Shown: positions 38,166-51,646, counted from the stretch's first letter. The stretch is 64,000 bases of DNA from Octopus vulgaris (GCA_951406725.2 OX597816.1:131812001-131876000), one strand, 5' to 3'. Notes: generated from the letters alone by a model not told the origin. Translations and numbers: made by a program.

Positions 38166-39000
38166 CCCTTTAGCATTTGAACTAGCCATATCCGGCCAAA
38201 ATATTCTACCTGTTTTATGTTCAAACTGGCCAGATCTGGCTTCTGACATAAACTCGACAATATCCTTTTCTACTCTAGGCACATGGCTCGAAATTGATAA
38301 CATCGACCCCAGTACTCAACTGGTGCTTAATCTATTGACCCCCAAAAGGATGAAAGGTAAAGTCAACTTCGGCTGAATTTGAACACAGAACAGAGCAATG
38401 GGTCAAATACAGCTAAGCATTTCATCGAGCGTGCTAACTATTCTGCTAGATTGCCGTCTTACAAACCCTACAATATCATTTTAAAAATTAATAGTTACCT
38501 CATCAAAACCTCATAGCTAGAAGATAATACATGATTAATTCAAAACTATGTGAATAAAAAAGCTATACTCTTTTACTTGTTTTAGTCATTTGACTGCGGC
38601 CATGCTGGAGCACTGCCTTTAGTCGAGCAAATTGACCCCAGGACTTATTCTTTCTAAGCCCAGTACTTATTCTATCGGTCTCTTTTGCCGCACCGCTAAG
38701 TGACGGGGACGTAAACACACCAGCATCGGTTGTCAAGCAATGCTAGGGGGACAAACACAGACACACAAACATATACACACACACACACACACATATATAC
38801 ATATATACGACAGGCTTCTTTCAGTTTCCGTCTACCAAATCCACTCACAAGGCATTGGTCGGCCTGGGGCTATAGTAGAAGACACTTGCCCAAGATGCCA
38901 CGCAGTGGGACTGAACCCGGAACCATGTGGTTGGTTAGCAGGCTACTTACCACACAGCCACTCCTGCGCCTTTTGACAAAATAATGCGAATGCTAAAGAG
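38166..39000. mobile_element. piggyBac-like MITE with two nested SINEs (K at 38265-38460 -, O at 38566-38970 -)
   Basis: TTAA-flanked CCCTTTAGCATT/AATGCTAAAGAG ends. The MITE body resumes after each SINE. Confidence 0.8.
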
Positions 39001-39445
39001 TTAAAATGATACAGGCAGAATATTTGGACAGGACATGGGCAGTGACTCCTTTTGTAGTTATGAGTTAGAAGTACAAAAGAACATATTGTTGGGTTGTAAA
39101 CAACTGCTGGTGATCATAAAGATGAAGCAATTACAAAATATATAAGGAAGAATGCATGCATTCGCTATAATTATATAATTATGTATTTTTATTTATTTAT
39201 TTTAAACCTGATATCAAACTTCAAATAACATAGATTCTACTTCATGTATCAAGTTCTTTTTTTACCTTTTGTAAGTACACTTGAAGACACACAGACGCCT
39301 ATATATAGATATATATATATAATCATCATCATCACTACCACTGTTTATTGCCCACTTTTCCATGCTTGCATTGGGCAAACGGAATTTTGTCCACATGCCC
39401 TTCCTGTCACCAGTTCTCACCTGTTCCCAAACAAGATTATACATG

Positions 39446-39484
<39 letters not shown>

Positions 39485-39685
39485 TTATACATACACTTGA
39501 TTCATATGAAAATACATGATGGAAAGATAGTAAACTGTTTGTGACTTCCTATTTCAAAAATTATACTTTGTTCATACAATCAGCAATAAATAGAGTCTGT
39601 CAGCTTTGTTTGATACCTTTTTCTCACTGTTTCTAGATGCTGCCATTCTGTATACACTGTGGGTAAATAGTCCAAGGATTTAGAC

Positions 39686-40359
39686 CCGTGGTTCTCAACC
39701 AGGGTCCATATAGCCCTTGGTGGTCCATATAATATTTTGTTGTTAAAATTTAAGAGTAATAAACATGTTATACTTCTATAATACTCAAAATATGTGAAGG
39801 CACATGGCTTAGTGGTTAGGTATTTGGCTTACAATCATAAGGTCACAAGTTCGATTCCTGGTGGTGCGTTGTGTCCTTGAGCAAGACACTTTATTTCACT
39901 TACTCCAGTCCACTCAGCTGGCCAAAATGAGTTGTACCTGTAGTTCAAAGGGCCAGCCTTGTCACATTCTGTATGATGCTGAATCTCCTTGTGAATTATA
40001 ATAAGGGTACACATGTCTGTGGAGTACTCAGCCACTTGCATGTTAATTTCACAAGCAGGCTATTCTGTTGATCAGATTGACTGGCACCCTTGATGTCGTA
40101 AGCAATGGAGTGCCAGTAGTTACTCAAAATATTTTACTCTTACTCTTTTTACTCTTTTACTTGTTTCAGTCATTTGACTGTGGCCATGCTGGAGCACCGC
40201 CTTTAGTCAAGCAAATTGACCCCAGGACTTATTCTCTGTAAGCCTAGTACTTATTCTATCTGTCTCTTTTCCCAAACCGCTAAGTTAGGGGGACATAAAC
40301 ACGCCAGCATCGGTTGTCAAGCGATGTTGGGGGACAAACACAGACACACAAATTCACGT

Positions 40360-40435
<76 letters not shown>

Positions 40436-40715
40436 GACAGGCTTCGTTAAGTTTCTGTATACCAAATCCTTTCACAAGGCTTTGGTCGGCCCAAGGCTAT
40501 AGTAGAAGACACTTGCCCAAGGTGCCACGCAGTGGGACTGAACCCGGAACCATGTGGCTGGTAAGCAAGCTACTTACCACACAGCCACTCCTGCACCTTT
40601 AATAATTATTTTCATACAATTTCTAATAATATTTAATTATGAAAATATAGTATAGTTATCTTAATATTGAATGGCTAGGAGGGTCCATCTGAGTTCTCTG
40701 GTTGAGAAGCACTGA
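39686..40715. mobile_element. hAT-like MITE with nested SINE B (39796-40119 +) and SINE O (40136-40597 -)
   Basis: Ends GTGGTTCTCAACCAG / CTGGTTGAGAAGCACTG. A related partial copy lies at 21170-21310. Confidence 0.7.
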
Positions 40716-41875
40716 CTTAGACCTTCAGCTGTTTCAATTCGCTGTTTCAATAACTAAATAGAAGCACTTTCATTGGGCATTTTTCATTTTATTTTATATC
40801 AAATTTGTTGAATAATAGCATAATTTCTGACAAGTTTCTACTGGTTCACTGAATTTGTGACGGGTGGAACAAATATCACATAAGGAATTATTATTCAATA
40901 AGTGCTGTTCTTTTTGTTTTTCTTTTTCAGTTTTTCAATGATATCTACATCCTTCGCAAATACACACACACACACACACACACACATATCAGCAAAAGAT
41001 ACACATATATACATATGCACTTCACCAGCACCATTTCCATCATCATCATCACCACCATTACCAACACCACCACCATCACTCCCGCCCCATCATCATAGTT
41101 GTTGTCATTGTTGCTGCTGCCGCTGCCACCCCACTATGATTATAAACACCACTACCACCACCATCATTATCATCATTGGAGAGAAACACTACTAGTCTTC
41201 AGTATATTGATGCTTACAGGAAATTGTAAGGCGAGATGAAGTTCTAAAAATTTAGGCCAATGTCTTTACCTGAAGTATTTAGGTTTCTAAGTACGGGATA
41301 TATTAGAGATGATGAGAAGAAATGAGATGCATAAATTAGGTGAGTTTTGAGAGATGCATGGTCTGATGCTTGCTGGGTCAGAAACAGGGTGATCATATTA
41401 ATGATCTACAATATAGACTTGATAGCATTGTTACAGTTTCATGTATCATGTCAAAACTTTGGACAATCTTTAGACCATCAAGTTCTTAGTAATACTGAAT
41501 TATTAAAAAAAGAATGTTTCTATATATAGGAAACTCCCTCTTATCTGGTATTCAAATAACTGGAATGCTTAAGCAACCTGTACCTAGACATGGATGCCTG
41601 TTGCTTTAGTAATGTATATTCTATAAGAAAATGTGTTGCTAATTAGAGTAAAGAGAGAATTTGAGCTAATTTGTGTTAATTAATTCAGTGTCATTAAAAG
41701 AAAGAATGCTTTTAGTCTATCTAAAATGGATCACTGCTTCACAAAGTTCAGTATTTTTTTCAAATTTATTTTACTTCATTTACAGTACCTGTACTTTTTA
41801 GGTTAATAAAACTTGTTTTTTCCATAAATCATCCATTTATTTCTTCATATTTTCCCTATTTCTATTATATTCAAA

Positions 41876-42178
41876 AGGTGTATGGCTCAGAATCATGAGG
41901 TAATGAGTTTGATTCCCAGACCAGGCTGTGTGTTGTGTTCTTGAGCAAGACACTTTATTTCATGTTGCTCCAGTTCACTCAGCTGTAGCAATGAGTTGCG
42001 ATGTCACTGGGATAAAGCTGTATCAGCCTTTGCCTTTCACTTGGGGGATCATCAGTGACGTGGAGAGTGGAGGCTGGTATGCGTGGGTGACTGCTGGTCT
42101 TCCATAAACAGCCCTGCCTGGACTTGTGCCTTGGAGGGGAACTTTCTAGGTGCAATCCCATAGTCATCATGATCACCT
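41876..42178 (+). mobile_element. SINE family A copy
   Basis: Homologous to 688-1027. Confidence 0.82.
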
Positions 42179-42695
42179 TTAGTATTGTTGTTGTTGTTAG
42201 TGGTAGTGGTCGTAGCAGTAGAAATAGTACCTCTAAGTATGAGTATTATTGCTTATTTAGCTTGGGTTGGAATTTATTAATAAAGTATTTCTTCTCTGAT
42301 TTTTCTCTCAATTTCACTTGGACTGTAGTTTGTAGAATGGAAATATTAAAAATATTTTCCAACCTCATGTTGCTAGATGGTTACTCAAAGGTATCTGAGG
42401 GACATCTGGGTCTTTAATTTGCTGTCAGTGCACATGCGAACATTCTGATAGTACATTACCAGTCTGACCTACATATAGCTCTTCAAAATTTGGGCATTTG
42501 ATGAAGTAAATTAAATTTCTGCCTTTGCAGTTCATATTTGCATTTGTGAATATTTTTCTGGTTTTTGTGTTCATATATTCACTGGTATGTTTGAATTGGC
42601 ATGTGCCACATTGGCTATCATTGCATTCAGATACAGTAAATGATTGGTCTTTGTTGCTGAGGTCAAACTTTGCCTTTGTTAATAATTTTTTTTAA

Positions 42696-43113
42696 GGCGT
42701 AGGAGTGACTGTGTGGTAAGGTGCAGGAGTGGTTGTGTGGTAAGTAGCTTGCTTACCAACCACATGGTTTCGGGTTCAGTCCCACTACGTAGCACCTTGG
42801 GCAATGTGTCTTCTACTATAGCCTTGGGCTGACCAAAGCCTTGTGAGTGGATTTGGTAGATGGAAACTGAAAGAAGCCCGTCATATATATGTATACGTAT
42901 ATATATATGTGTTTGTGTGTCTGTGTTTGTCCCCTCGACGTTGCTTAACAATTGATGCTGATATGTTTACATCACGGTAACTTAGCAGTTTGGCAAAGGA
43001 GACCGATAGAATAAGTACTAGGCTTACAAAGAATAAGTCCTGGGGTCGACTAAAAGGTGGTGCTCCAGCAATGCCCGCAGTCAAATGACTGAAACAAGTA
43101 AAAGAGTAAAAAG
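42696..43113 (+). mobile_element. SINE family O with duplicated 24-bp head
   Basis: GGCGTAGGAGTGACTGTGTGGTAA is followed by GGTGCAGGAGTGGTTGTGTGGTAA, then the full body. Confidence 0.88.
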
Positions 43114-43169
43114 TTTTAGGCTGTCTTTTACTATGAAACATAGCTCAATCTGTGATTATAGTTTTTTAA

Positions 43170-43530
43170 TTCATTACTTTGAGCAATGATTGGTAGGTTT
43201 GCTTTGGCAATATTGAAGATATTCTGGTGACATGGATTGTATGTCACTATAAATGACTTGTTCCTGCTTTCCTCTTCTTTGGGTTGTCCTCAGTTGTTGT
43301 ATGGGTATTTTTATAGCTGCTGTATGCCATTTTCTATAAGTAGAGTTTTGTTGGAGCAAAAATTCTCTTTGCTATGTTAGGCGTTTGTTCCTGATACATA
43401 CATCTTCTACAATGGTCCAAATTCTTCTGGCTAGGCAGTATATGTTGCATTTTGCATGTGGTGGATAGCATGACTTAAAATTCAGGTATTGATGTGTGTC
43501 CATGTATTTGTAGTATATATCTGTAGTATA
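43170..43530 (-). pseudogene. Penelope-like element reverse transcriptase C-terminal (thumb) fragment
   Basis: Minus-strand translation TTDIYYKYMDTHQYLNFKSCYPPHAKCNIYCLARRIWTIVED..RNKRLT*QREFLLQQN/LIENGIQ..IKIPIQQLR...IVTYNP. Matches the PLE RT pattern TDxYxKPTDxxxYLxFxSxHPxHxKxxIPYxxxxRxxxI. Confidence 0.8.
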
Positions 43531-43543
43531 CATCCCTTATATA

Positions 43544-43584
<41 letters not shown>

Positions 43585-43919
43585 TTATAGCCCGCTGTAT
43601 GCCATTTTCTATAAGTATATATATATATATATATGACAGACTTCTTTCAGTTTCTGTCAACCAAATTAACTCACAAGCTTTGGTTTACCCCAGAGGCTAT
43701 AGTAGAAGACACCTGCCCAAGGTGTCATGCAATGAGACTGAACCAGGAACCATGTGATTGGAAGTAAATTTCTTACCATACAACCACACCTGCTCAAATC
43801 CCAAAGTCTTTATTAATTTTCAACTTTTTGTTAGGACCCTTTACATGGCCTCTGATATAGGTGGGAAGAAGGAAGAGGGAATCCACAAGTTTGAGACTTG
43901 GTCAAAATGCTTGCGATGG

Positions 43920-44195
43920 ATTGGATTTTGCTAAAGGTATCCAAGATACCAAAATTTTGCAAAAGATAAGCAAGGAACCAGGATTTTGCTAAAAGGATTT
44001 TACTAATTGTAAGCAAGGTATCAGGGCTTTGCTAAGGATAACCAAGGTATCAGGATTTCACTAAAAGTAAGCAATGTACCAAGATTTTACAAAAGGTAAG
44101 CAAGGAACCAGGATTTTGCTAAAGATAAACAAGATACCAGGATTTTACTAAAGGTAAACAAGGTACCAGGGTTTCACTAAAGGTAAGCAATGCTC
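43920..44195. repeat. About 31-bp minisatellite (AAGGTAAGCAAGGTACCAGGATTTTGCTA-like), about 9 copies
   Basis: Seen directly. Confidence 0.88.
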
Positions 44196-44623
44196 CAATG
44201 ATTCTAACAATTCATTATCTCTACTTTGTCATGTTCACAGTTCTAGGTCCTAGCTTCTTCATAGTATTACATAGATATGTTATTTATTCATACTTAGATA
44301 TTTAATCAAATGGTGTGATTATATCTATTATACTACATTTGAGGGCAATATTAGAGTCCATTTAAAATTGTATAGCAACCTATATTTCTGATTTTGACTC
44401 CTTTTCCAATTGAGTTTGCTAGGCATATCATTGATAAAATAAGTACTTCTAATAAACTTTAATAAAAGGTCAAACAACTACACTCTAACACTATCAATTT
44501 ATCAGAGTGCTGTTAACATCTCTATTATCTTTAATTATTTAGGATTCACACTTTCTGTTGTTTCCATCATCACTACATTTCTGACTGATATACCTCACAA
44601 TCATCTTCAGATGATGCTGTGTT

Positions 44624-44784
44624 CACACACACACACACACATGCACACACACACACACACACACCACACACACACATACATGTACACATGCATACACACA
44701 CACACACAAGCACACACACACAATCTCGTACATACACACATATATATGTATATGTATATATGTATATGTATATATGTATATGTA

Positions 44785-44823
<39 letters not shown>

Positions 44824-44958
44824 AGAGAGAGAGAAAGAGAGACAGACCGATAAATAGGTAGATAGATATATATATATAGATATATAGATAGATAGGTACA
44901 TACATACACACACATACATACATACATACGTACATACATACATACATACATACATACA

Positions 44959-44992
<34 letters not shown>

Positions 44993-45051
44993 CATACATA
45001 CATACAGACAGGCATGCATACATACATACATACATACATACATACATACAT

Positions 45052-45094
<43 letters not shown>

Positions 45095-45131
45095 GGCATG
45101 CATACATACATACGTATTTGTGTGTGTGTGT
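44624..45131. repeat. Compound microsatellite (CA/TA/GA/TACA/CAGA)
   Basis: Seen directly. Confidence 0.95.
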
Positions 45132-45249
45132 ATTACATTGAGATGTTAAATACTAAAAACCTGTAACTGTCTGTTACTTTTGATTCCCATTTAAATTTGA
45201 TTTTCTTCACTGATGTCATTAATTATACTTTTGAGAAAGGAATCAATGT

Positions 45250-45790
45250 GATGCAATCTCCCTGTGCAAGAATCTTCCTCTTCATTATATTTGTGACCAG
45301 ATGAAAGCAGGTATACAAATTTTCAAAGAAGTTAACAGCCACCTGGAGACCAGAAACGAGGTATGTGGGAGTAGCTCACATACCTTGGCCAAAGATGTAA
45401 GTGGACAATGTTGAAAGTCCTCTGTTCATTCTGTAATGGATGTCTACAACCAGGAACCTGATCAGGGATATCATGGATATTGGCACCAAGGTAGAGGAAA
45501 AACAGAATGGGAGTGAGGGTGCATCCTTGCTTCTGGCCAGTTGTAATTGAAAAGAAACTGAAGAGAGCATTCTTGGCAATGACCTGGTTAGACATTCCAC
45601 CATGTAGGACCTGAATGAGGTTCATAAAGCAATTGGGACAATCAAAATGCTTTAGGGTGACCCACATTACAGGTCTTGGTATGCTTTTGAAAGCCTTCTC
45701 AAAGTCCCAGAACACAAAGATTAATGACTTTCTCTGTTCTCAAGGCTTTTCTTGGAGTAAGCAGGCACAAAAAACCATGTTGTTGGTATC
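45250..45790 (-). mobile_element. Degenerate RTE LINE RT fragment
   Basis: FWDFEKAF..IPR..MW..LKHFDCP...TTGQKQGCTLTPILF in ORF 45332-45715. Confidence 0.75.
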
Positions 45791-46202
45791 ATGGGGTGGG
45801 AGGAGTTACTTTTGTACCCCACACTATCTTTAAAAAATATGGTTTAGTTAAGGGAGAAAGGACAGCATCTATGATCTCATGAACTTTCTCAAGATACAAG
45901 GCTGGTGAGAAGAAATTATTCTCAGACTGGAGACCTAATCTGAAAGCTTGCAACATTTTGGACTCTGCTAAAGGCACTCCTAGACTGAATTTACTCATGA
46001 GATAAATAAAGGAGCATATTTGGCATATTTTGCTTTATGCTTCCCTGAAACTTAATGGTTCAGCAAAAAGACCAATAGAATAAGTACCAGGCTTTAAAAA
46101 AAAAAGTACTGGGATTGATTCATTCGACTAAAAAATTCAAGTTGATGACCTAGCATTGTTGCAGTCCAAAGACTGAAACAAGTAAAAGAATATATATATA
46201 TA

Positions 46203-47490
46203 TTGGGTTATCTCATAAATAGTGCAGTGTTATCAATTGCATGATCTAAAAGTCAGAGGAGGATGGGATAAACTACCTGCATCAACTTGCTATGAATGCA
46301 GGTAGTAAATTTACTTTGTACTTATTTTTACTGCAAGTTTTGAAGAGTGCAGTTCGATTTTAACAGTTATTTTTTCAAAGTTATAATAGAAGTGACAAAG
46401 GAACATATTTGGCATATTTTGCTTTATGAGTTCAATAAAGGCAACAATGCAACAGAAAGTGCAAGGAATATTAATGCAGTCTATGGGGATTGGACAATAA
46501 GTGTAAGCCAGTGTCAACGGTAGTTCCAGAAATTCCAAGCCAGAAACTACAGCCTAGAACATGAGCTGCATCCTGGAAGGTTTGTAAAGATTGACAAGGA
46601 TGTTCTACAAATCCTTGTGGAACAAAATCCCATTGTAACTGTTGAGAAACTAGCAGAGGAGCTTTGATTTGGTCATTCAACTATTCATCGACACTTGTGT
46701 GCCATCAGAAAAGTCAGCAAATTGAGTCAATGGGTTCCTCACAAATTTTCTGAGTCTAATCACATGCAGAGAGTGAATGTGTGCTCTTCTTTGTTGTCAC
46801 ATCTCATGAATCAACCTTTTTTAGATCGAATAGTGACTGGTAGCAAGAAATGTATTCTCTATAAAAATGTCAAGAGTGAAAGAGAGTGGGTGGGGAGAGG
46901 AGAAACACCAGCACCCCAGGCTAAAGAAAGTCTTCACCTACGTAAGATGTTGTTATCTGCTTGGTGAGATATGAAAGGTTTAGTCCACTTTGAATTCTTA
47001 AACCCAAACTAAACAATAACAAAAGAGATCTGCTGCAAGCAGCTTGAGTGACTTAAGTCAGTGCTAAAAGAAAAATTATCATCTTTGGTTTCAAGATGAA
47101 TGGTGTTTTTCCATCAGGATAATGCTTGACTACATACAGTGAGGATAACATTCTAAAGGCTGGAGCAGTTTGAATGGGAAATGATGCCCCACCACCATAT
47201 TTGCCAGACATTGTCCTTTATCTGATTATCATTTATTCTGCAGTTTTCAAAATTATTTGGACAAAAAACATATGAATTCTGTAGATAAGGTTATAACAGT
47301 AATGGAGGAGTATTTTTCATCATGGACAAGTGAATTTTGAAAGAGAGACCTTGCAAGTCCACCAGATAGATGGAAGAGCATTGTAGAAAATGAAGAAGAG
47401 TCTATTTTAGATTAAAAATGAGCTTTGTTTATTTTAATTTTAAAAACTAAAAGAAATATTAAAAAACCATATTATTTACGGAACTGTCTA
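46203..47490 (+). mobile_element. Degenerate near-full-length mariner
   Basis: EHIWHILLYEFNKG start, KLSQWVPHKF, FLDRIVTG and FHQDNA motifs. TA-flanked TTGGGTT... end. Confidence 0.87.
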
Positions 47491-47880
47491 TCTCAACGAA
47501 ATTGGGCAAATTTAAATTTTAAAAAATTATAGAATTTTATGCTTATTACTTAATAATAATACTAAAACAAATAGGTTTATAAATCTTGTGTCAAAACTTT
47601 GTTGACAAAAATTTTCAATATTTTCTCCATCTGTATCCCTGCAGATAAGCCAGATCCAACAGGAATGAAAATAAACTTATTAAAAAAATTGTGAAAATTA
47701 TAAAATTATAAACAAAATAAAAATTTAAACACTTTTAACATATTAAACATGATAAACATAAATAAAAGTGAGTTTTTAAAAAATTATCCAATTTCACTGA
47801 AATAGATAGTTAATTCTGCATATGTATGCGTGTGTATGTATATATCTATATACACACACACACACACACATATTTATATA

Positions 47881-48735
47881 TCTAATATATAAATCCCATT
47901 CTATCTGTCTGTTTGTGTGCTTATAACTTGAGAATTGTTCCTCCAATCGCACTGAAATTTTAAACATGGATACATAAGAGAGCGGGGCCTTCTGTAATCT
48001 AAAAAGATTTTCAAAATTGTCAGTTTCAAAGTGAGAATCGCTAATTTTGTAATCTTTTTGTCCTATTTCTTCCTCCATGCTCTTCATTAAAAGCAACAAG
48101 TTGCTCAGACAGCCGGCACATACCATTTTGCTGGCAACAAGAGGAGTACAGGATGACGGTCAGCAAAAACCGTCACTATTCTTTCCTCTCTCTGTCCCCC
48201 TCTCTATATACATAGAGAACTCAATACGATTATTTAACTTAAAGCAACAGTCGTCAAATGCAAAAGGCCAAAGAACTCTTAATATATACATATATACATA
48301 CATAAGACAGTAGGGTGTTTTGAGGGAGATTTGGCTGCTGTTTCTACCAGGTCTAGCTAACGTGTAGAGGTCTCCCTCTTTGACTCATACATACATATAT
48401 ACATAAGACAGAAAGGTGTGATTTGAGGGAGATTTGGCTGTTATTTCTACCAGGTCTGGCTACCATGTAGATGTCTTTCTAATATATAAATCCCGTTCTG
48501 TCTGTCTGTTTTTTGTGTACTTATAATCCAAGTATTGTTCATTCGATCACACTGAAATTTTAAACATGGATACATGAAAGAGCAGGACATTCCGTAATTT
48601 AAAAAGATTTTCAAAATTGTCAGTTTCAAAGTGAGAATCACTATTTTTGTATTCCTTATGGCCTGTCCACCGGATGATTAAACCCTCTTCACCTATACAA
48701 ACCATCCAATGGACGGGGAAGGGGGCATTTGCTAG
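47881..48735 (+). mobile_element. Non-autonomous Helitron-like element(s) with two 5' ends
   Basis: TCTAATATATAAATCCC... starts at 47881 and 48478, with about 170 bp duplicated. CTAG|T end at 48732-48736. Confidence 0.6.
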
Positions 48736-48759
48736 TATATATATATATATATATTATAG

Positions 48760-48998
48760 TGGAGGTGCATGGCTTAGTGGTTAGGGTGTCAGCATCATGA
48801 TCGTAAGAATGTGGTTTCGATTCCTGGACCAGGCAACATGTTGTGTTCTTGAGGCAAAACACTTCATTTGACATTGCTCCAGTCCACTCAGCTGACAAAA
48901 ATGAGTAACGCTGCGAGGGACTGGCGTCCCATCCAGCTGGGGAACACATACACCATAGAAACCAGGCCCATGAGCCTGGCTAGGCTTTGAAAGGGCAC
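48760..48998 (+). mobile_element. tRNA-derived SINE, family C
   Basis: A box TGGCTTAGTGG and B box TTCGATTCC. Shares its core with families A/B but has a different tail. Confidence 0.8.
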
Positions 48999-50172
48999 AT
49001 TTATTTTTTTTATTATATATATATTATACACACACATATCAAACAATGCTTCATGCAAACTATACTAATCAAGAAGTTGTTATAATGCAACACTTTTTAT
49101 TTTGCATTTTTTTTTCTAAACTGTTGTAGGTCTTAAGTTAAAGGCAAAACATGATTAATTGATTTAAGTTAACTGTACTAAGACAGAAATAATTAAGTTG
49201 ACTGGAAGTAGAATTCGCAAATAGTTAGTTTCTCATTGCTAAATACTGAGATATGCACTTGAACAATTTCAACAATAATGGATGAATATTTAAAGATATT
49301 GTCTTATGTTGTGACTTGTATTAAATTCTAAATCTTCATATGATAATTTGCAGTTCTGAACATCAGCTGCTGCAAATGGTGTTTTCCTTCTAACTACCCT
49401 GTTCCCATCACAAGTAACATTTTCTTAGCACCCTGGCTTTTTCCACAGTTACAGGTGCTGTGCAAATCTCACTTTCCTCTCCCCACTTTCCTTTCCTGTT
49501 GCTAATTTGTTCCTCACTTGCTAATAATATCTGTTAACCACACACTGGTGGTGACCAGGGGGTGGAGGACATCTGGTGGCTGTATTTGCAATTTGTTAAT
49601 TGTCAGTATTGCAGATGTTCCATTTGTGTGTAGAGGTGGTGGCATGCTAGTATTAATGGTAGTTGTTATTGGGGTACCTCTCAAACTTGTTCCTTTTCTT
49701 AACAGCAGGACTCCCAATCCATTTCCATTAGCAATATGTGTAGTGGTGAACAATGAAGAAACTAGGAGTCATTTGAAGCCTGGTGAGATTTGCTATCATT
49801 TCTCACAAAAAAGGCACTTACTTCGACTGCAAGGAGGCAATTTTTATCTACACACATCCACATCATCATCATCATCATCATCATCACCCCACCATCATCA
49901 TCACCTCTATCATCATCATTACATTATCGTCATTGTTATCATCGTCATCGTCATCATCATCATCATCACTGCTACTTCAACCACTACAGCATCTGTTGTC
50001 ACAACACTACCAAGTTCAGCCATAGGTTTGGGTTATGATTTAATTCATTTAAGCTTTATTTATTTAACCTTTCAATACATAAAAAAAAAAGATATAGATA
50101 TTTATTAATTTGTTATTAGTGACAGAAGTAGTATTAGTTCAAATTAGCAATATGTATGTCATACTTAAGCAT

Positions 50173-50204
<32 letters not shown>

Positions 50205-50311
50205 TATATTAAATTAGAGACAAAACCACTATTATGCAAATCAAACAAAGAAAGACTTAAACCAATACATAAAATAATTTTTAGAAATTTAGAAATTTAA
50301 CAATTATAAAT

Positions 50312-50372
50312 AACCACTACGATCGTTTCATGTCTTATTTCAGCACATCTTTCAGACATTCTTCAGGTGGTT
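50312..50372 (-). ncRNA. Mirror copy of the minimal hammerhead ribozyme
   Basis: Reverse complement of 50439-50499. Confidence 0.85.
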
Positions 50373-50438
50373 TCAAAACCTTCTTGGCGAGTTTTAAACT
50401 ATGAACTCATAGTTTAAAACTCACCAAGAAGGTTTTGA

Positions 50439-50499
50439 AACCACCTGAAGAATGTCTGAAAGATGTGCTGAAATAAGACATGAAACGATCGTAGTGGTT
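50439..50499 (+). ncRNA. Minimal type I hammerhead ribozyme
   Basis: AACCAC-CUGAAGA-AUGUCU-(18 nt)-AGACAU-GAAA-CGAUCG-UA-GUGGUU. 6-bp stem I, 6-bp stem II, palindromic ACGAUCGU stem III, GUA triplet. Confidence 0.88.
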
Positions 50500-50690
50500 A
50501 TTTATAATTGTTAAATTTCTAAATTTATATAAATTATTTTATGTATTGGCTTAAGTCTTTCTTTGTTTGATTTGCATAATAGTGGTTTTGTCTCTAATTT
50601 AATATAATATAATATTTTACTATAAAATTGGATTCAATCCTAAATCTGATTTTTCCCTGTAAATTTGGATTTATTCCCTAATATTTATTA

Positions 50691-50734
<44 letters not shown>

Positions 50735-51235
50735 TACTGAAAGCCTCCTAAACTGTGATTTTTGTTTCAGGAAAGCGTCTCTTGCAGATGAATAGTGTTA
50801 AAAAGCACAGAAATATATCAGCAATGAGCAAAAAAGTTTTATAAAGGTAACAAGAACAACATGGCTTCAATACATCTACTCACTTGCTTCAACTCTGCAG
50901 CCCTTGTCACATTAATGTGACATCACCAGTCTTTGTCATTTCTATTGTTATTGCCGTAGGAAGTGTTCTGATGAACTTTCTCCCTTAGTTTCAGATAACT
51001 TTATGCCATCTCATCTGACTTGAAATTCAAAGCATCTTTATCCAAAGGCTGTTGTACTTACACAAGTAAGGAAGTCTTTCGATGGTCAAAGCTTTTTTCT
51101 CAAACTGCCAGACTTTGGAACACTCTTATCATTTCCCCACTTCTTATGAGCTGAACTCTTTGAAGACTAAAGGAAATTCATTCCTTTCATCTTAATTGTT
51201 TTCTTCTTCATAATCCCTTACACTAAGTGGTTTCT

Positions 51236-51645
51236 CACAGGAGTGGCTGTGTGGTAAGTAGCTCGCTTACAAACCACATAGTTCCAGGTTCAGTCCCACT
51301 GCATGGCACCTTGGGCAAATGTCTTCTACTATAGCTTCAGGCCGACCAAAGCCTTGTGAGTGGATTTGGTAGGCAGAAACTGAAAGAAGCCCGTCGTATA
51401 TATGTATATATATATATATGTATGTGTGTGTATATGTTTGTGTCAGTGTTTGTCCCCACCAACATCGCTTGACAACCGATGGTGGTGTGTTTACGTCCCC
51501 GTAACTTAGTGGTTCAGCAAAAGAGAGGGCGATAGAATAAGTACTAGGCTTACAAAGAATAAGTCCTGGGGTCAATTTGCTTGACTAAAGGTGGTGCTCT
51601 AGCATGGCCATAGTCAAATGACTGAAACAAGTAGAAGAGTAAAGA

Positions 51646-51646
<1 letters not shown>
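51236..51646 (+). mobile_element. SINE family O, full length
   Basis: tRNA-like head, internal microsatellite, LINE-like tail and (AAGAGTA)n end. Other fragments at 14485-14703, 43633-43793(-), 52690-52920 and 60584-60752. Confidence 0.9.

Larger units (their letters stand above)
50196..50695 (+). mobile_element. Palindromic Penelope pLTR-like insertion (209-bp arms plus 80-bp tail) in a (TA)n tract
   Basis: 50196-50404 is the reverse complement of 50407-50615 with about 4 mismatches. Unique tail at 50616-50695. (TA)n on both sides. Confidence 0.85.

Noticed and set aside
43920-44195. CRISPR-like appearance of short repeat arrays (also 32400-32545 and 60900-61240)
   Set aside because: Units are contiguous degenerate tandems with no unique spacers, there are no cas genes and the context is eukaryotic.
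49514-50108. Overlapping 79-aa and 196-aa ORFs in non-repetitive sequence
   Set aside because: No recognisable motifs, and the longer ORF is extended by a (CAT)n tract.
50771-50846. Possible plus-strand exon (TTTGTTTCAG ... AAG|GTAACA)
   Set aside because: The longest frame ends in a stop before the donor and there is no recognisable product.
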